From: a virus
Virus genome (UHGV): UHGV-0020019
DNA: 64,000 nucleotides
Reading direction: 5' to 3' (one strand)
The notes beneath the pieces were generated by a model that saw nothing but the letters and a program-made list of their open reading frames with translations, ran no database searches and was not told where the DNA came from. Position 1 is the first letter of the stretch, and the number at the start of each line of letters is the position of its first letter. The position numbers were made by a program, and so were the translations under genes. Of the stretch, positions 44,672-53,265 are shown in pieces.

Positions 44672-45223
44672 ATGAAGTTAGTAACTATTGAATCTTTTCA
44701 GCTAAAAGTAGCTGATGAAGCTTTACTTATAAAGCCTATAAGGAAGCTATTTAATCAAGACAGAAGTGCATCCAAGGAGCAATTTTATAAACAGATGTCT
44801 TATCTTTACTTTATGGTAGATCCAAGAAGTACTTACTCTTATATTCTCAATGAAGAAGAGAGAGCTAAGGCTATTATAGAACAGGAAGGACTTGAAAAGG
44901 ACTTTAAGCCCTCTTCTTTATTGGAAGAAGCTATGACAGTATATAAGAAGCATACAGTAACTCCTTCACAGGAGTTGCTTAATGCTGCATTAAAGGCTGC
45001 ACATACAGTAAGTGAGTTCTTGATGAGAGATGATATTTTAGATATGGAAGATGATAAGGGTAAACCTAAATATCAAATCTCTTCCATTACCTCTGCATTA
45101 AAAAATGTAGAAGGTATTGTATCTTCTTTACAGAATCTTCAAAGAAAGGTTGAGAGTGAACTTAGTGAGCAAAGTAAGGCTAGGGGTAGTCAAGAGTTAA
45201 CAATATTTGATGAAGTGGATTAA
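44672..45223 (+). CDS. hypothetical coiled-coil protein (183 aa)
   Basis: ORF between the portal and the lipoprotein/lysozyme genes. No TM segment. Confidence 0.35.
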   Translation: MKLVTIESFQLKVADEALLIKPIRKLFNQDRSASKEQFYKQMSYLYFMVDPRSTYSYILNEEERAKAIIEQEGLEKDFKPSSLLEEAMTVYKKHTVTPSQELLNAALKAAHTVSEFLMRDDILDMEDDKGKPKYQISSITSALKNVEGIVSSLQNLQRKVESELSEQSKARGSQELTIFDEVD

Positions 45224-45278
45224 TATAAAGAAAGATTAAATATAGCCTTAAGTACTTTGTATATAGAAATAGTTTCTT

Positions 45279-45286
45279 TATTTTTG
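45279..45286 (+). promoter_or_regulatory. Bacteroidetes-type -7 element 'tatttttg' followed by 'cataaaaat'
   Basis: TAnnTTTG 17 nt upstream of the ATG at 45303. Confidence 0.35.
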
Positions 45287-45302
45287 CATAAAAATATGAG
45301 TT

Positions 45303-45620
45303 ATGAAGAAGTTAGTATATTTATTTATAATTATGTTTCTTGGTGTAGGATGCTCCCACCAAGGAACTTCTAGTAATGATATTAGTGTTAATAGTGATAC
45401 AGTATATATTGCTCCAGATAGTGTAAGAGATTATTCCTATATTGACTCTATTAATCAGGATTTAAAATGTAGGTCATACGAATTATATGGAGATAGTAAT
45501 TGGCTTGAGGATGGATTACCTGATAATATAATGAGAAGAAAAGGAGATACTCCCCATAAAGATACTTTATGGATGCTGAAAGAAGACACACCTTATCATA
45601 AAACGCCAATAGAGAAATAA
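45303..45620 (+). CDS. small secreted lipoprotein (105 aa), possible o-spanin-like or exclusion protein
   Basis: Signal peptide 'MKKLVYLFIIMFLGVGCSHQG' with a Cys after the hydrophobic core, a lipobox-like feature. It lies immediately upstream of the lysozyme-like gene. Confidence 0.45.
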   Translation: MKKLVYLFIIMFLGVGCSHQGTSSNDISVNSDTVYIAPDSVRDYSYIDSINQDLKCRSYELYGDSNWLEDGLPDNIMRRKGDTPHKDTLWMLKEDTPYHKTPIEK

Positions 45621-45634
45621 AGGGAGGAAGAGGA

Positions 45635-47050
45635 ATGCCAATAAAGGATGATTCATTAGTAGCTCAATATATACGAGCAATAGAAAATCCTGATAGTGCA
45701 GGATTTAAAAATGGTATATGGTATGCTCCTCCTAAAGGACAAGGCTATGATCCTAATAACAGAGGCTTTGGTATGGATATAAATAACAACAATGATACAA
45801 AAGCCTTAACAGCAAATAGACCAGGTAAATGGCTTACAGAGGAAGAGGAAAGACAGCTTAGGTTAAAGCATTTGGAAGATAATCAGAAAACTCTTGATAG
45901 GTGGACTCCTCAAATGTTAAGAGAAATGCCCTCTGAAGAAAAGAAAGCAATGGCATTAGGAATGCTATATAGAGGTGATGGGGTTAAAAGTATAGTCAAG
46001 AATCCTACCCTAAGGAATGCTTATTACTCAGGTTCTGATGAAGATATGCAAAGAGCTGTATCAGAATATTATAAAGCTAAAAAGGTTCCAGAGAGAGCAG
46101 CTAATCACAACAAGTTTTTTAATAGTAGAAAACCTAAAGGAGAGATAGAGTTAAATTATAAACCTAAGAATTGGTTTCCTGAATATCAATCATATTCTGA
46201 AGGAGGACAATTAGAGGGTAATACATGGGATTCTTTATCTTTAGCAGATAAAGCAGAGATGATTAAAGTAGCTGTTGCTAATGGTATTACTACCTTACCA
46301 GAGATTAAGAGTGCTTATAATGAATTTGCCAAAGGTGGTTATATCCCTTCTGATAGTATAAAGAGAAGAATCTCTAATTGGGAAGGTTCTTCTATGAAAA
46401 CCAATAGAAGCTTTGAGGATGAAGCAAGAGATTTTAATAGAGTAGTGCCTACTGAAGTGAGAGATAAGCTAACACAACAACAAAAGGATGCTTTATATTC
46501 CTATGGTTATAATGTAGGTATGGGCAATCTTAAGGAAAGAGTAGTGCCTACATTAACTGCATATACTAAAGGTAAGGCAAGCAAAGAAGATGTTCAAAGG
46601 TCTATGTGGGCTAAAAGGGATAATGTGTTTAAAGGTCTTACTACAAGAAGAAATGCTGAGAGAGAAATGTTTGGCGGTAATTATAGAACTAAGTTTACTG
46701 GTACAGGGGAACTTGGAATATATTTAGACCCTTCAGAATACACTATACCACAGGGTTTCTTTGATAATTTCAATGCAGGAATTTCATTACCTCAAATGCA
46801 AATGCCTAATGGTATAGATGCTGATCCAGAGACCCTTTATAAAGCTCCTACTATTGATGAAACACTATTCTCAAAACCTGAGGCTACTCAAGAAGAACCG
46901 ATGTATAATCCTCAGCAAGAGAAAGTTGAAGGTTTAAAAAGGATGACTACTGTTATGGAATTATTGGGTCAGAATATTCCTTTTGCAGGATTAGCAGATA
47001 CCAATACTCCAGGATTATTATCCTATGTTAACCAAATATATAATTCATAA
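45635..47050 (+). CDS. peptidoglycan hydrolase-like protein with two tandem GH24 (phage lysozyme)-like modules (471 aa)
   Basis: The second module (aa ~243-347, nt 46361-46675) reads 'ISNWEGS...QKDALYSYGYNVGMGNL..VVPTL.AY.KGKASKEDVQRSMWAK....KGLTTRRNAEREMF'. This follows the GH24 pattern (EG ... NQFDALVSFAFNVGAGN..STLL..LN.GD...AA.EF.KW..AGGK...GL..RR..E..LF). The first module (aa ~16-146) is a weaker copy ('KKAMALGMLYRGDGVKSIVKNPTLRNAYYSGSDEDMQRAVSEY'). The canonical catalytic 'D..G..TIGYG' stretch is not evident. Confidence 0.5.
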   Translation: MPIKDDSLVAQYIRAIENPDSAGFKNGIWYAPPKGQGYDPNNRGFGMDINNNNDTKALTANRPGKWLTEEEERQLRLKHLEDNQKTLDRWTPQMLREMPSEEKKAMALGMLYRGDGVKSIVKNPTLRNAYYSGSDEDMQRAVSEYYKAKKVPERAANHNKFFNSRKPKGEIELNYKPKNWFPEYQSYSEGGQLEGNTWDSLSLADKAEMIKVAVANGITTLPEIKSAYNEFAKGGYIPSDSIKRRISNWEGSSMKTNRSFEDEARDFNRVVPTEVRDKLTQQQKDALYSYGYNVGMGNLKERVVPTLTAYTKGKASKEDVQRSMWAKRDNVFKGLTTRRNAEREMFGGNYRTKFTGTGELGIYLDPSEYTIPQGFFDNFNAGISLPQMQMPNGIDADPETLYKAPTIDETLFSKPEATQEEPMYNPQQEKVEGLKRMTTVMELLGQNIPFAGLADTNTPGLLSYVNQIYNS

Positions 47051-47065
47051 ATTATATAGAAAAAA

Positions 47066-47095
47066 GAAAGGTAGGAGGGTTCCCTTCTACCTTTC
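47066..47095. terminator. bidirectional terminator hairpin between the convergent lysozyme-like gene (+) and the 281-aa gene (-)
   Basis: 'gaaaggtag' (47066-47074) pairs with 'ctacctttc' (47087-47095) as a 9-bp stem, extended by inner 'gaggg/ccctt' pairing. Flanked by 'aaaaaa' and 'ttcttaaatattctttttt'. Confidence 0.5.
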
Positions 47096-47131
47096 TTAAA
47101 TATTCTTTTTTAGTGTTTGAAAAATTCAATA

Positions 47132-47977
47132 CTACTCATAATCTGACATATCAAGAAGAATTTCTAACTTAGATGCGATCTCTGTCATTCTTTCTTGTAT
47201 TACACTTATCTCAGGAATCCTATGCTCATGACCTTTCTTCCATGTAACATTCAATATACCCAAATCCTCACCCTTGGAAGTTTTCATAGCTCTCATAGCT
47301 AAGGCAGTACATTGATTCTCCTTGAGAATCCTTGCATAACCAGCATCAACCTCAGTAATTTCTTCCATATTAGAGAACCATTTGAATTTATTCTTTAACA
47401 TATATCCTATAATAGGGAAGAGATTGGTAGGAATACACTGGAAATCTTTATAGTTAAATACTACACCTTCTGCTGTATTTACTGATGGGAAACTCTCATC
47501 ATAGAATCTCTTATGATATCCTCCTATATACTTTTCTGTATTATGCATTAGTTCAATGGTAACAACATCACAATGAAGAGCATCTCTAAGATAATCTGTT
47601 AATTCATTAGCCTCTTCTTCTATTCTTGAAGTCTGAGCATAACATTCTTTGTCTTTCTGTTTATTCTTCTTCTCTTGTTCTTGCATTGCTATAAGTACAG
47701 CATTCATTACTCTTTTCTGGGCATACATGGAGTATAATATCATAGCTAATCCAACAATAACACCAATGGTTATTGGGTTTGGTTTCATAATAATACTTAC
47801 TACCCAATCATATAAATCATCCCTTAAAAATAACTTACCTAAGAATAGGGCTATTAAAGTACAGAGGATTATCTTGAAGAAAATACTCACAGAGTGGTCT
47901 TTTACTTCATTTAGTTTACTGAATCCTCCTAGAAATTCTGTGATTGCCTGTATCACACTAGAGATTTTTTCTAACAT
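47132..47977 (-). CDS. membrane-anchored protein (281 aa): two N-terminal TM helices plus a cytoplasmic, possibly GAF-like, domain
   Basis: TM1 'IFFKIILCTLIALFLGKLFL' and TM2 'ITIGVIVGLAMILYSMY'. The C-terminal 'TALAMRAMKTSKGEDLGILNVTWKKGHEHRIPEISVIQERMTEIASKLEILL' resembles the closing strands and helix of a GAF fold. Accessory-island position. Confidence 0.4.
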   Translation of the reverse strand: MLEKISSVIQAITEFLGGFSKLNEVKDHSVSIFFKIILCTLIALFLGKLFLRDDLYDWVVSIIMKPNPITIGVIVGLAMILYSMYAQKRVMNAVLIAMQEQEKKNKQKDKECYAQTSRIEEEANELTDYLRDALHCDVVTIELMHNTEKYIGGYHKRFYDESFPSVNTAEGVVFNYKDFQCIPTNLFPIIGYMLKNKFKWFSNMEEITEVDAGYARILKENQCTALAMRAMKTSKGEDLGILNVTWKKGHEHRIPEISVIQERMTEIASKLEILLDMSDYE

Positions 47978-48000
47978 TACCTTTACTATTTACACATTCT

Positions 48001-48243
48001 TTACTGTTGTTCAAGGATGTCATAATGTCCAATGTGATATTTGTTACACACCCTACAGAAATAGGATGTCATTCCATATAACTTATGTTTATAGGTATAC
48101 TTATTAGCTTCTTTTTCAGTTTCATAAGTTTTCTTACTCTTACCTTTAGAGGTATAGTGTTGTCTTGGTCTGGACTTCTCAAAAGGTATCTTACAAATTC
48201 CCATATTAACAATATCTATCCTTTCATACAAAGATATATACAT
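48001..48243 (-). CDS. small basic Cys/His-containing protein (80 aa)
   Basis: K/Y-rich with C-terminal 'YFCRVCNKYHIGHYD' (C-x2-C-x3-H-x2-H). Could be a small Zn-binding regulator, or not a real gene. Confidence 0.3.
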   Translation of the reverse strand: MYISLYERIDIVNMGICKIPFEKSRPRQHYTSKGKSKKTYETEKEANKYTYKHKLYGMTSYFCRVCNKYHIGHYDILEQQ

Positions 48244-48348
48244 TATGTATGATTATAGAGATGTTAAGAAAAGTGCTAAGAATAGTTACTATTTTTCTTA
48301 GGAATAGTACAATAATTTAAGGATAATAACGTTATTAGATAAAAAGAA

Positions 48349-49131
48349 TTGTCTATGAAAAATTCTTTATATCAATATTATAGTCAGAATCCTCTTAGTT
48401 TATATGAGGTCAGAAGACATTTCTTGTGGCATTTCTATTGTCAGAATCATAGTAGGAATGATGCAAGGAAAGTCTTGAAAGCTGTTGTTACCTCTTCTAG
48501 AATAGGTAGGATAATAGAAAAATCCATACAGAAAAAACATGCACCTAATTATAGTGATTTCCTATCTACTATAAAAGGAATGCTTAGATTCTGGTTTTGT
48601 TCTAAAGAAACTTTAGTGTTAGCTACTATAGAAGCTATATTGAAATGGGATATTGTAGCCAACAGAAAATTGAAGTTAAAAACTCAAGATGAATTAAAAC
48701 ATGATACTCTTGAAGTACTTAAAAAGTATTTGATATATAAAGAAGTACCCACTGATGATGTTCTTTCAGCAGAAGCTGTTCATACATCTTCTTCATCTGT
48801 GGATTTAGAGTATATGAAACCTTCTTCTGATGATAAATCTTTAGAGGATACTTCTGAATCGGAGGATTCTACTTCTCTTCAGACATGGACTTTAGATGAA
48901 TTTATCAATGAATTTGGACCAAAGATGCAAGTAAAGGAATTTGCAAACAGTAAAACAGGAGATTTATTCAAAAGTTGTGTGTTTACTAAAGGTAAAACTA
49001 GAACTTTTGTTGCTTTTTCTTCTAAGTTAGGTGAACACACTAAGAAAGAATTACTTGATATGAAGGATGAATTAATAATACTGAAAGTACAAAATGGTAA
49101 GTATAAACTTGCCAAGCATTATTATACATAA
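48349..49131 (+). CDS. hypothetical protein (260 aa); C-terminal domain paralogous to the ORF at 25637-26479
   Basis: Acidic linker 'ESEDSTSLQTWTLDEFINEF', then 'GPKMQVKEFANSKTGDLFKSCVFTKGKTRTFVAFSSKLGEHTKKELLDMKDELIILKVQNGKYKL', homologous to the C-terminus of the 280-aa minus-strand protein. Confidence 0.5.
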   Translation: MSMKNSLYQYYSQNPLSLYEVRRHFLWHFYCQNHSRNDARKVLKAVVTSSRIGRIIEKSIQKKHAPNYSDFLSTIKGMLRFWFCSKETLVLATIEAILKWDIVANRKLKLKTQDELKHDTLEVLKKYLIYKEVPTDDVLSAEAVHTSSSSVDLEYMKPSSDDKSLEDTSESEDSTSLQTWTLDEFINEFGPKMQVKEFANSKTGDLFKSCVFTKGKTRTFVAFSSKLGEHTKKELLDMKDELIILKVQNGKYKLAKHYYT

Positions 49132-49157
49132 AATATTAATATTTTAAATTACATAAC

Positions 49158-49346
49158 ATGAAGAAATATATACACTTTGTAATTCCTTATGCAATATATG
49201 TTAGTATGGTTTTAATAACTATAGCTGATGCAAGACGTGATTATTGGCAGTTGTTTATCTTTTGGATTGTTACTCTGCCTTTGATTGTAGGGTATATTGC
49301 TTACATTATATGGGAGCGCAAGAACAGAAAGAATAAAGGAGAGTGA
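49158..49346 (+). CDS. small two-TM membrane peptide (62 aa), holin-like topology
   Basis: 'VIPYAIYVSMVLITIA' and 'LFIFWIVTLPLIVGYIAYIIW' are hydrophobic helices, followed by the charged tail 'ERKNRKNKGE'. This is class II holin-like architecture, but the gene is 2 kb from the lysozyme-like gene. Confidence 0.35.
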   Translation: MKKYIHFVIPYAIYVSMVLITIADARRDYWQLFIFWIVTLPLIVGYIAYIIWERKNRKNKGE

Positions 49347-49364
49347 TTAGCTCCCCTTTATTTC
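49336..49364. terminator. bidirectional terminator-like hairpin at the convergent junction with the 1298-aa gene
   Basis: 'aaaggagag' pairs with 'ctcccctttat' as a stem with one mismatch around loop 'tgattag'. A-run upstream and T-run downstream. Confidence 0.3.
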
Positions 49365-49365
49365 T

Positions 49366-52300
49366 TTATCTATTAGAAGGTGAAGCTTCAAATATCTTAA
49401 AGATAGCATCATCTTCATCCATCCTCTGCATCTGTTCCCAATCCTTAAAGAATGGCATATTGTATTTTACCATATTTCTCCAATACTTGTTTTCTCCTTT
49501 ATGGTCTCCTGATTTAATATCTGTAACAATATCACCATTGGTAAGACCATAGAAAGTATAGAGTAGGGAGTTCATAGTATTCAATGATGCCATAGGAGAA
49601 TTAAGTACTGTCAACCAGTTAGAGATATTCTTAGGGTGAGGCATTGAAGCTTCAGTATCAAGAATAGCTCTTTTTGTCTGATATATCCACCATCTTCTCC
49701 AAAATTCTCTCTTATGTTTATCTGGATCTCCAAGGGCAAAACCAAGACCTAATAGACAAATGTACATAAGCATTTCTGCTCTTACTCTCTTAATATTATA
49801 CTTCTGCATATCATCAAGATTATGCCATTGTGCCTGAGACCTAAACATAAAGGTATAGAAGTCTTTCATAAAAAGTCCAATAGCATCTAACTTCTGACCA
49901 CTATTCCAAGTATCTTTGGTATCATCATTGGTAAGACCTTTGTATAAACTATACCAATATCCTTCTCTATCTTCTCCAAGAGAAGCATCAAAGTGTCTCT
50001 TCCTAAACCTTCTGGAATAATGCTCAATCATCCATTGACGAAAATTCATAATACCACGTCCCCACCATTTTTGATGTAATAGTCCTTTATCCTCTTCATT
50101 CATGGCACCATGAGTAGACTGGTTAGCATAACGAAGTTTCTTTCTTACTTTATCAATAAAAGCATCTGTTATAGCATTTCCATCAAGGTCTGTTACTCCA
50201 GACTTTAGGTGAAGTTCAGAGTTACCATCCTGTTTATTAACTATTTCAAAGGCATCATATAAGCTTATCTTCTTTCCATTTAATAATACTTTCTGATTAT
50301 GAAGAACACCATACATGTTTACATAATGAATAAGATACTCACCAGAAGAATAGCCAATGAATGAACAATCATGAGAGATTAATTGTCGGAACATACTTTT
50401 ATAGTATTTAGTATGGCTCTTTTCAGAGAAGTTTTCCTGAAGAGGGTCAAACAGTTCTCTCATAAGTACACTCTTATGATTTACATTGTTAGTAAGTAAC
50501 TCTGCCAGTTCTCCTCCAACACCTGCACTACCAAATAGTTTAGTATGTGCCCAAGCATAATCCTTGAAGTTGTAAAATTCACCAGCACCAGCTTCAATCA
50601 TCATCTGAAATTCACCCATAAGGTAATTGGCAACAGCACCTTTGACATTAGTTGCCAAGCCTTTAAATGAAGTATAGGCAATGATATTACTGAACATCTT
50701 AGCCCAAGTCTTGTTTTCATTAGGGTCTCTGTTTTGTCCATAGATATGCTGAGCAATGAAACCTTCTATAAGTTCTGTAGTATTGGTATTTTTCCCTCTT
50801 TTCCACAAATCCTTGAATACTCTTATCTCTTTATTCTGTATCACATCACCTTTTGGGTCTTTATCTCTAGCACTCTGATTTTTCACAAAGTCACCAATAA
50901 ATTCAACAACCTGTGCTATCTGACTCATAGAATCATAATTAATAGCTGTTCCTGCAAGGGCTGCAATACCAGTTGAGAAGTTTTTAAGAAGTTCTCCTTC
51001 TTCAACTTTGTTGACAAAGAAAATAGGAATTTGTCTTAATGGAGTGTTATCAAAAGCACCTTCTGTAATCTGATATTCATCACCATCAATAATACCATTC
51101 ATATTATAGTTTTCATCATCTTCCCTTATTTTATAGAAGTTCTCAGCTTTATTTCTTACAGCTTTAGCTACATCCTTGAAGTTCTTAGCATCATGCATGG
51201 CATCAAGGAATTTACGTCTTATTTGTGGTGGAAGATATTGATGTTGTGCATAGGCTGGTAGAAGAGAGCCAATCTCACCTTTAAGTTGCATCATAGTATC
51301 ATAGTATTCAATTTGTTCCTGAGTCCAATCTTTCTGAAAGTTATCCCTCTTTCTATAACTATCATTAGGTACCCTTTCTGTTCTACCATTTTTACCATTA
51401 GTATTATCTACAACTCTATCTTCTGTATTCAGGTCTTCCCAGTCTTCAATAGCCTGTTTTAAATCAAAACCTCGAAAACCTTGACTATAGAGAGACTTAA
51501 TCTTTGCTGATCTTGCTGCTTTATATAATTTCCAATCTATATCACTAACTATATGACCATCATCCTCATACATAAATTCAGAATTATGTCCAGCTTTATG
51601 GAGTTTATCTGTAGCTCGACGAATCCTAAGAGATATACTATTCATAGCTGCATCCCTTGAATCCTGAGCATTCCTAATGACAGAACCCATAGCACCAATG
51701 ATAGGATTAGATGCTCTACCTATGCTATATAACCAGTCAAATTTAGTAGAGTCTGTAGTAGCCATTCTGATAGCATTGATCATAGACTGACCATCAGGAG
51801 TAGTGTTTCCAACAATTTCTATCATAAGGTTGGTCATAGTACTCTCTGTAAGATTATCGAGCATATTTTCCTTTTTATCAAAGAACTCTTTCAAGTCTTT
51901 AGCAGTCTGACGAATATTATCAATGTCTGTTTTGGCAATGGACTCATCAATGGTAAGATTCTCATCTGCCAAAGCTGATACCAATGGATAATATTGCTCT
52001 TTAAGGGATTTAATATCCTGTAGAATCTTAGCAGTACCAAAGGCTTTCTCTAATTCTGTACCCGTTTGAGGAATACCTTGAAGCATAGTATCAATATCAG
52101 CTATCTGAGAAGATGCTTCTCCTAAGAAATTTAATACTCCAGAGTAATATTTTTTACTAGATAACTCCTTCATAAGTTTATTAAGTACACCTTCAAGTCT
52201 TTTTCCTTCAGTATTATTACCTTTTTCCTTTTCAAGTTGCCTAATCTGCCTTTGAAGAGTAATAGCCGCATCTGCTGCTGCGTCAGAAAGAGTTCTAATT

Positions 52301-53262
52301 TTAGATGATGTCCTATGAATCTCATTGATGTCTATCTTATACTTCTTATTAAGCATTTGAATTTCAGCCTTAATCTTCTGTTCAGGACTATTAGTATAGA
52401 TATTGTTTTTCAATTGAGCAACCTGATTAATAAGAGCATCCATATCTATACCTTGATATTTCTTGGCATCAGTAATAGCCCTCATTAATAATCTCTGTTG
52501 TGGAACAGTAAGATTTATAGCTCCATGATTAAAGTCATTAAGGGTCTGTGCTGCATTTTCAATAGAACCAAAGGTGTTGATAACCCTTTGAACATGTGGA
52601 GAATTAGGACTTAAGGAGAATAGAATCATAGCATCCTTCTTATAAAGGTTACTAATATCTACTCCTGCAAGGTTCTTAAGATATTGTGCTAAATCAGTAT
52701 TCATAGCATTGAATACACTTTGCAGTTCTTGTGGCATAGTAGTTATATCTACACCTACATTATTAAATACCTGCTTATAAATATCCCAAGTCTGAAGATT
52801 TTTCTTAACACTATCTCCATAGGTATGTGTCCTGGAGTTCTTCTCTGAAACAATGATGTTATAGATATCACCATGTTGTACTACAATTGAAGTAAGTCCT
52901 TTATGATTATCGTTGAAATCATCAGCTTTCCTTAAAGCATCTTCTGCATTTGAGAAATCTACTCTCTTACCATTGATATCTACTGCTCCTAACTGAAGTT
53001 CTGCTGTAGAAAGATTACCAATATCTTCCTGTATAGACTTGAAGTCAAGGAACTTCAATACATCTTCTGCATTATGCTGTCCCTGACTATTCCTTTCTAT
53101 ATTAGCTTGGTCCATCTTATCTGCCATATCAGATACAGTATAGGAGGCATAGAGCCAATTAGTAAGAGGTCTATTCTTTAGTTTCTCAAGCATCTTTTTA
53201 TACATCCTTGAAGGCTCCCCATTGGGAGCCTCAGGATATAAAATACATGAACTATTACTCAT
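49366..53262 (-). CDS. giant virion/cargo-type protein (1298 aa), function unknown
   Basis: Uninterrupted 3.9-kb ORF. Its ATG lies 3 nt downstream of the stop of the 3572-aa gene, so the two are tightly coupled and co-transcribed. Helical, no recognised motif. Confidence 0.7.
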   Translation of the reverse strand: MSNSSCILYPEAPNGEPSRMYKKMLEKLKNRPLTNWLYASYTVSDMADKMDQANIERNSQGQHNAEDVLKFLDFKSIQEDIGNLSTAELQLGAVDINGKRVDFSNAEDALRKADDFNDNHKGLTSIVVQHGDIYNIIVSEKNSRTHTYGDSVKKNLQTWDIYKQVFNNVGVDITTMPQELQSVFNAMNTDLAQYLKNLAGVDISNLYKKDAMILFSLSPNSPHVQRVINTFGSIENAAQTLNDFNHGAINLTVPQQRLLMRAITDAKKYQGIDMDALINQVAQLKNNIYTNSPEQKIKAEIQMLNKKYKIDINEIHRTSSKIRTLSDAAADAAITLQRQIRQLEKEKGNNTEGKRLEGVLNKLMKELSSKKYYSGVLNFLGEASSQIADIDTMLQGIPQTGTELEKAFGTAKILQDIKSLKEQYYPLVSALADENLTIDESIAKTDIDNIRQTAKDLKEFFDKKENMLDNLTESTMTNLMIEIVGNTTPDGQSMINAIRMATTDSTKFDWLYSIGRASNPIIGAMGSVIRNAQDSRDAAMNSISLRIRRATDKLHKAGHNSEFMYEDDGHIVSDIDWKLYKAARSAKIKSLYSQGFRGFDLKQAIEDWEDLNTEDRVVDNTNGKNGRTERVPNDSYRKRDNFQKDWTQEQIEYYDTMMQLKGEIGSLLPAYAQHQYLPPQIRRKFLDAMHDAKNFKDVAKAVRNKAENFYKIREDDENYNMNGIIDGDEYQITEGAFDNTPLRQIPIFFVNKVEEGELLKNFSTGIAALAGTAINYDSMSQIAQVVEFIGDFVKNQSARDKDPKGDVIQNKEIRVFKDLWKRGKNTNTTELIEGFIAQHIYGQNRDPNENKTWAKMFSNIIAYTSFKGLATNVKGAVANYLMGEFQMMIEAGAGEFYNFKDYAWAHTKLFGSAGVGGELAELLTNNVNHKSVLMRELFDPLQENFSEKSHTKYYKSMFRQLISHDCSFIGYSSGEYLIHYVNMYGVLHNQKVLLNGKKISLYDAFEIVNKQDGNSELHLKSGVTDLDGNAITDAFIDKVRKKLRYANQSTHGAMNEEDKGLLHQKWWGRGIMNFRQWMIEHYSRRFRKRHFDASLGEDREGYWYSLYKGLTNDDTKDTWNSGQKLDAIGLFMKDFYTFMFRSQAQWHNLDDMQKYNIKRVRAEMLMYICLLGLGFALGDPDKHKREFWRRWWIYQTKRAILDTEASMPHPKNISNWLTVLNSPMASLNTMNSLLYTFYGLTNGDIVTDIKSGDHKGENKYWRNMVKYNMPFFKDWEQMQRMDEDDAIFKIFEASPSNR

Positions 53263-53265
53263 ACA

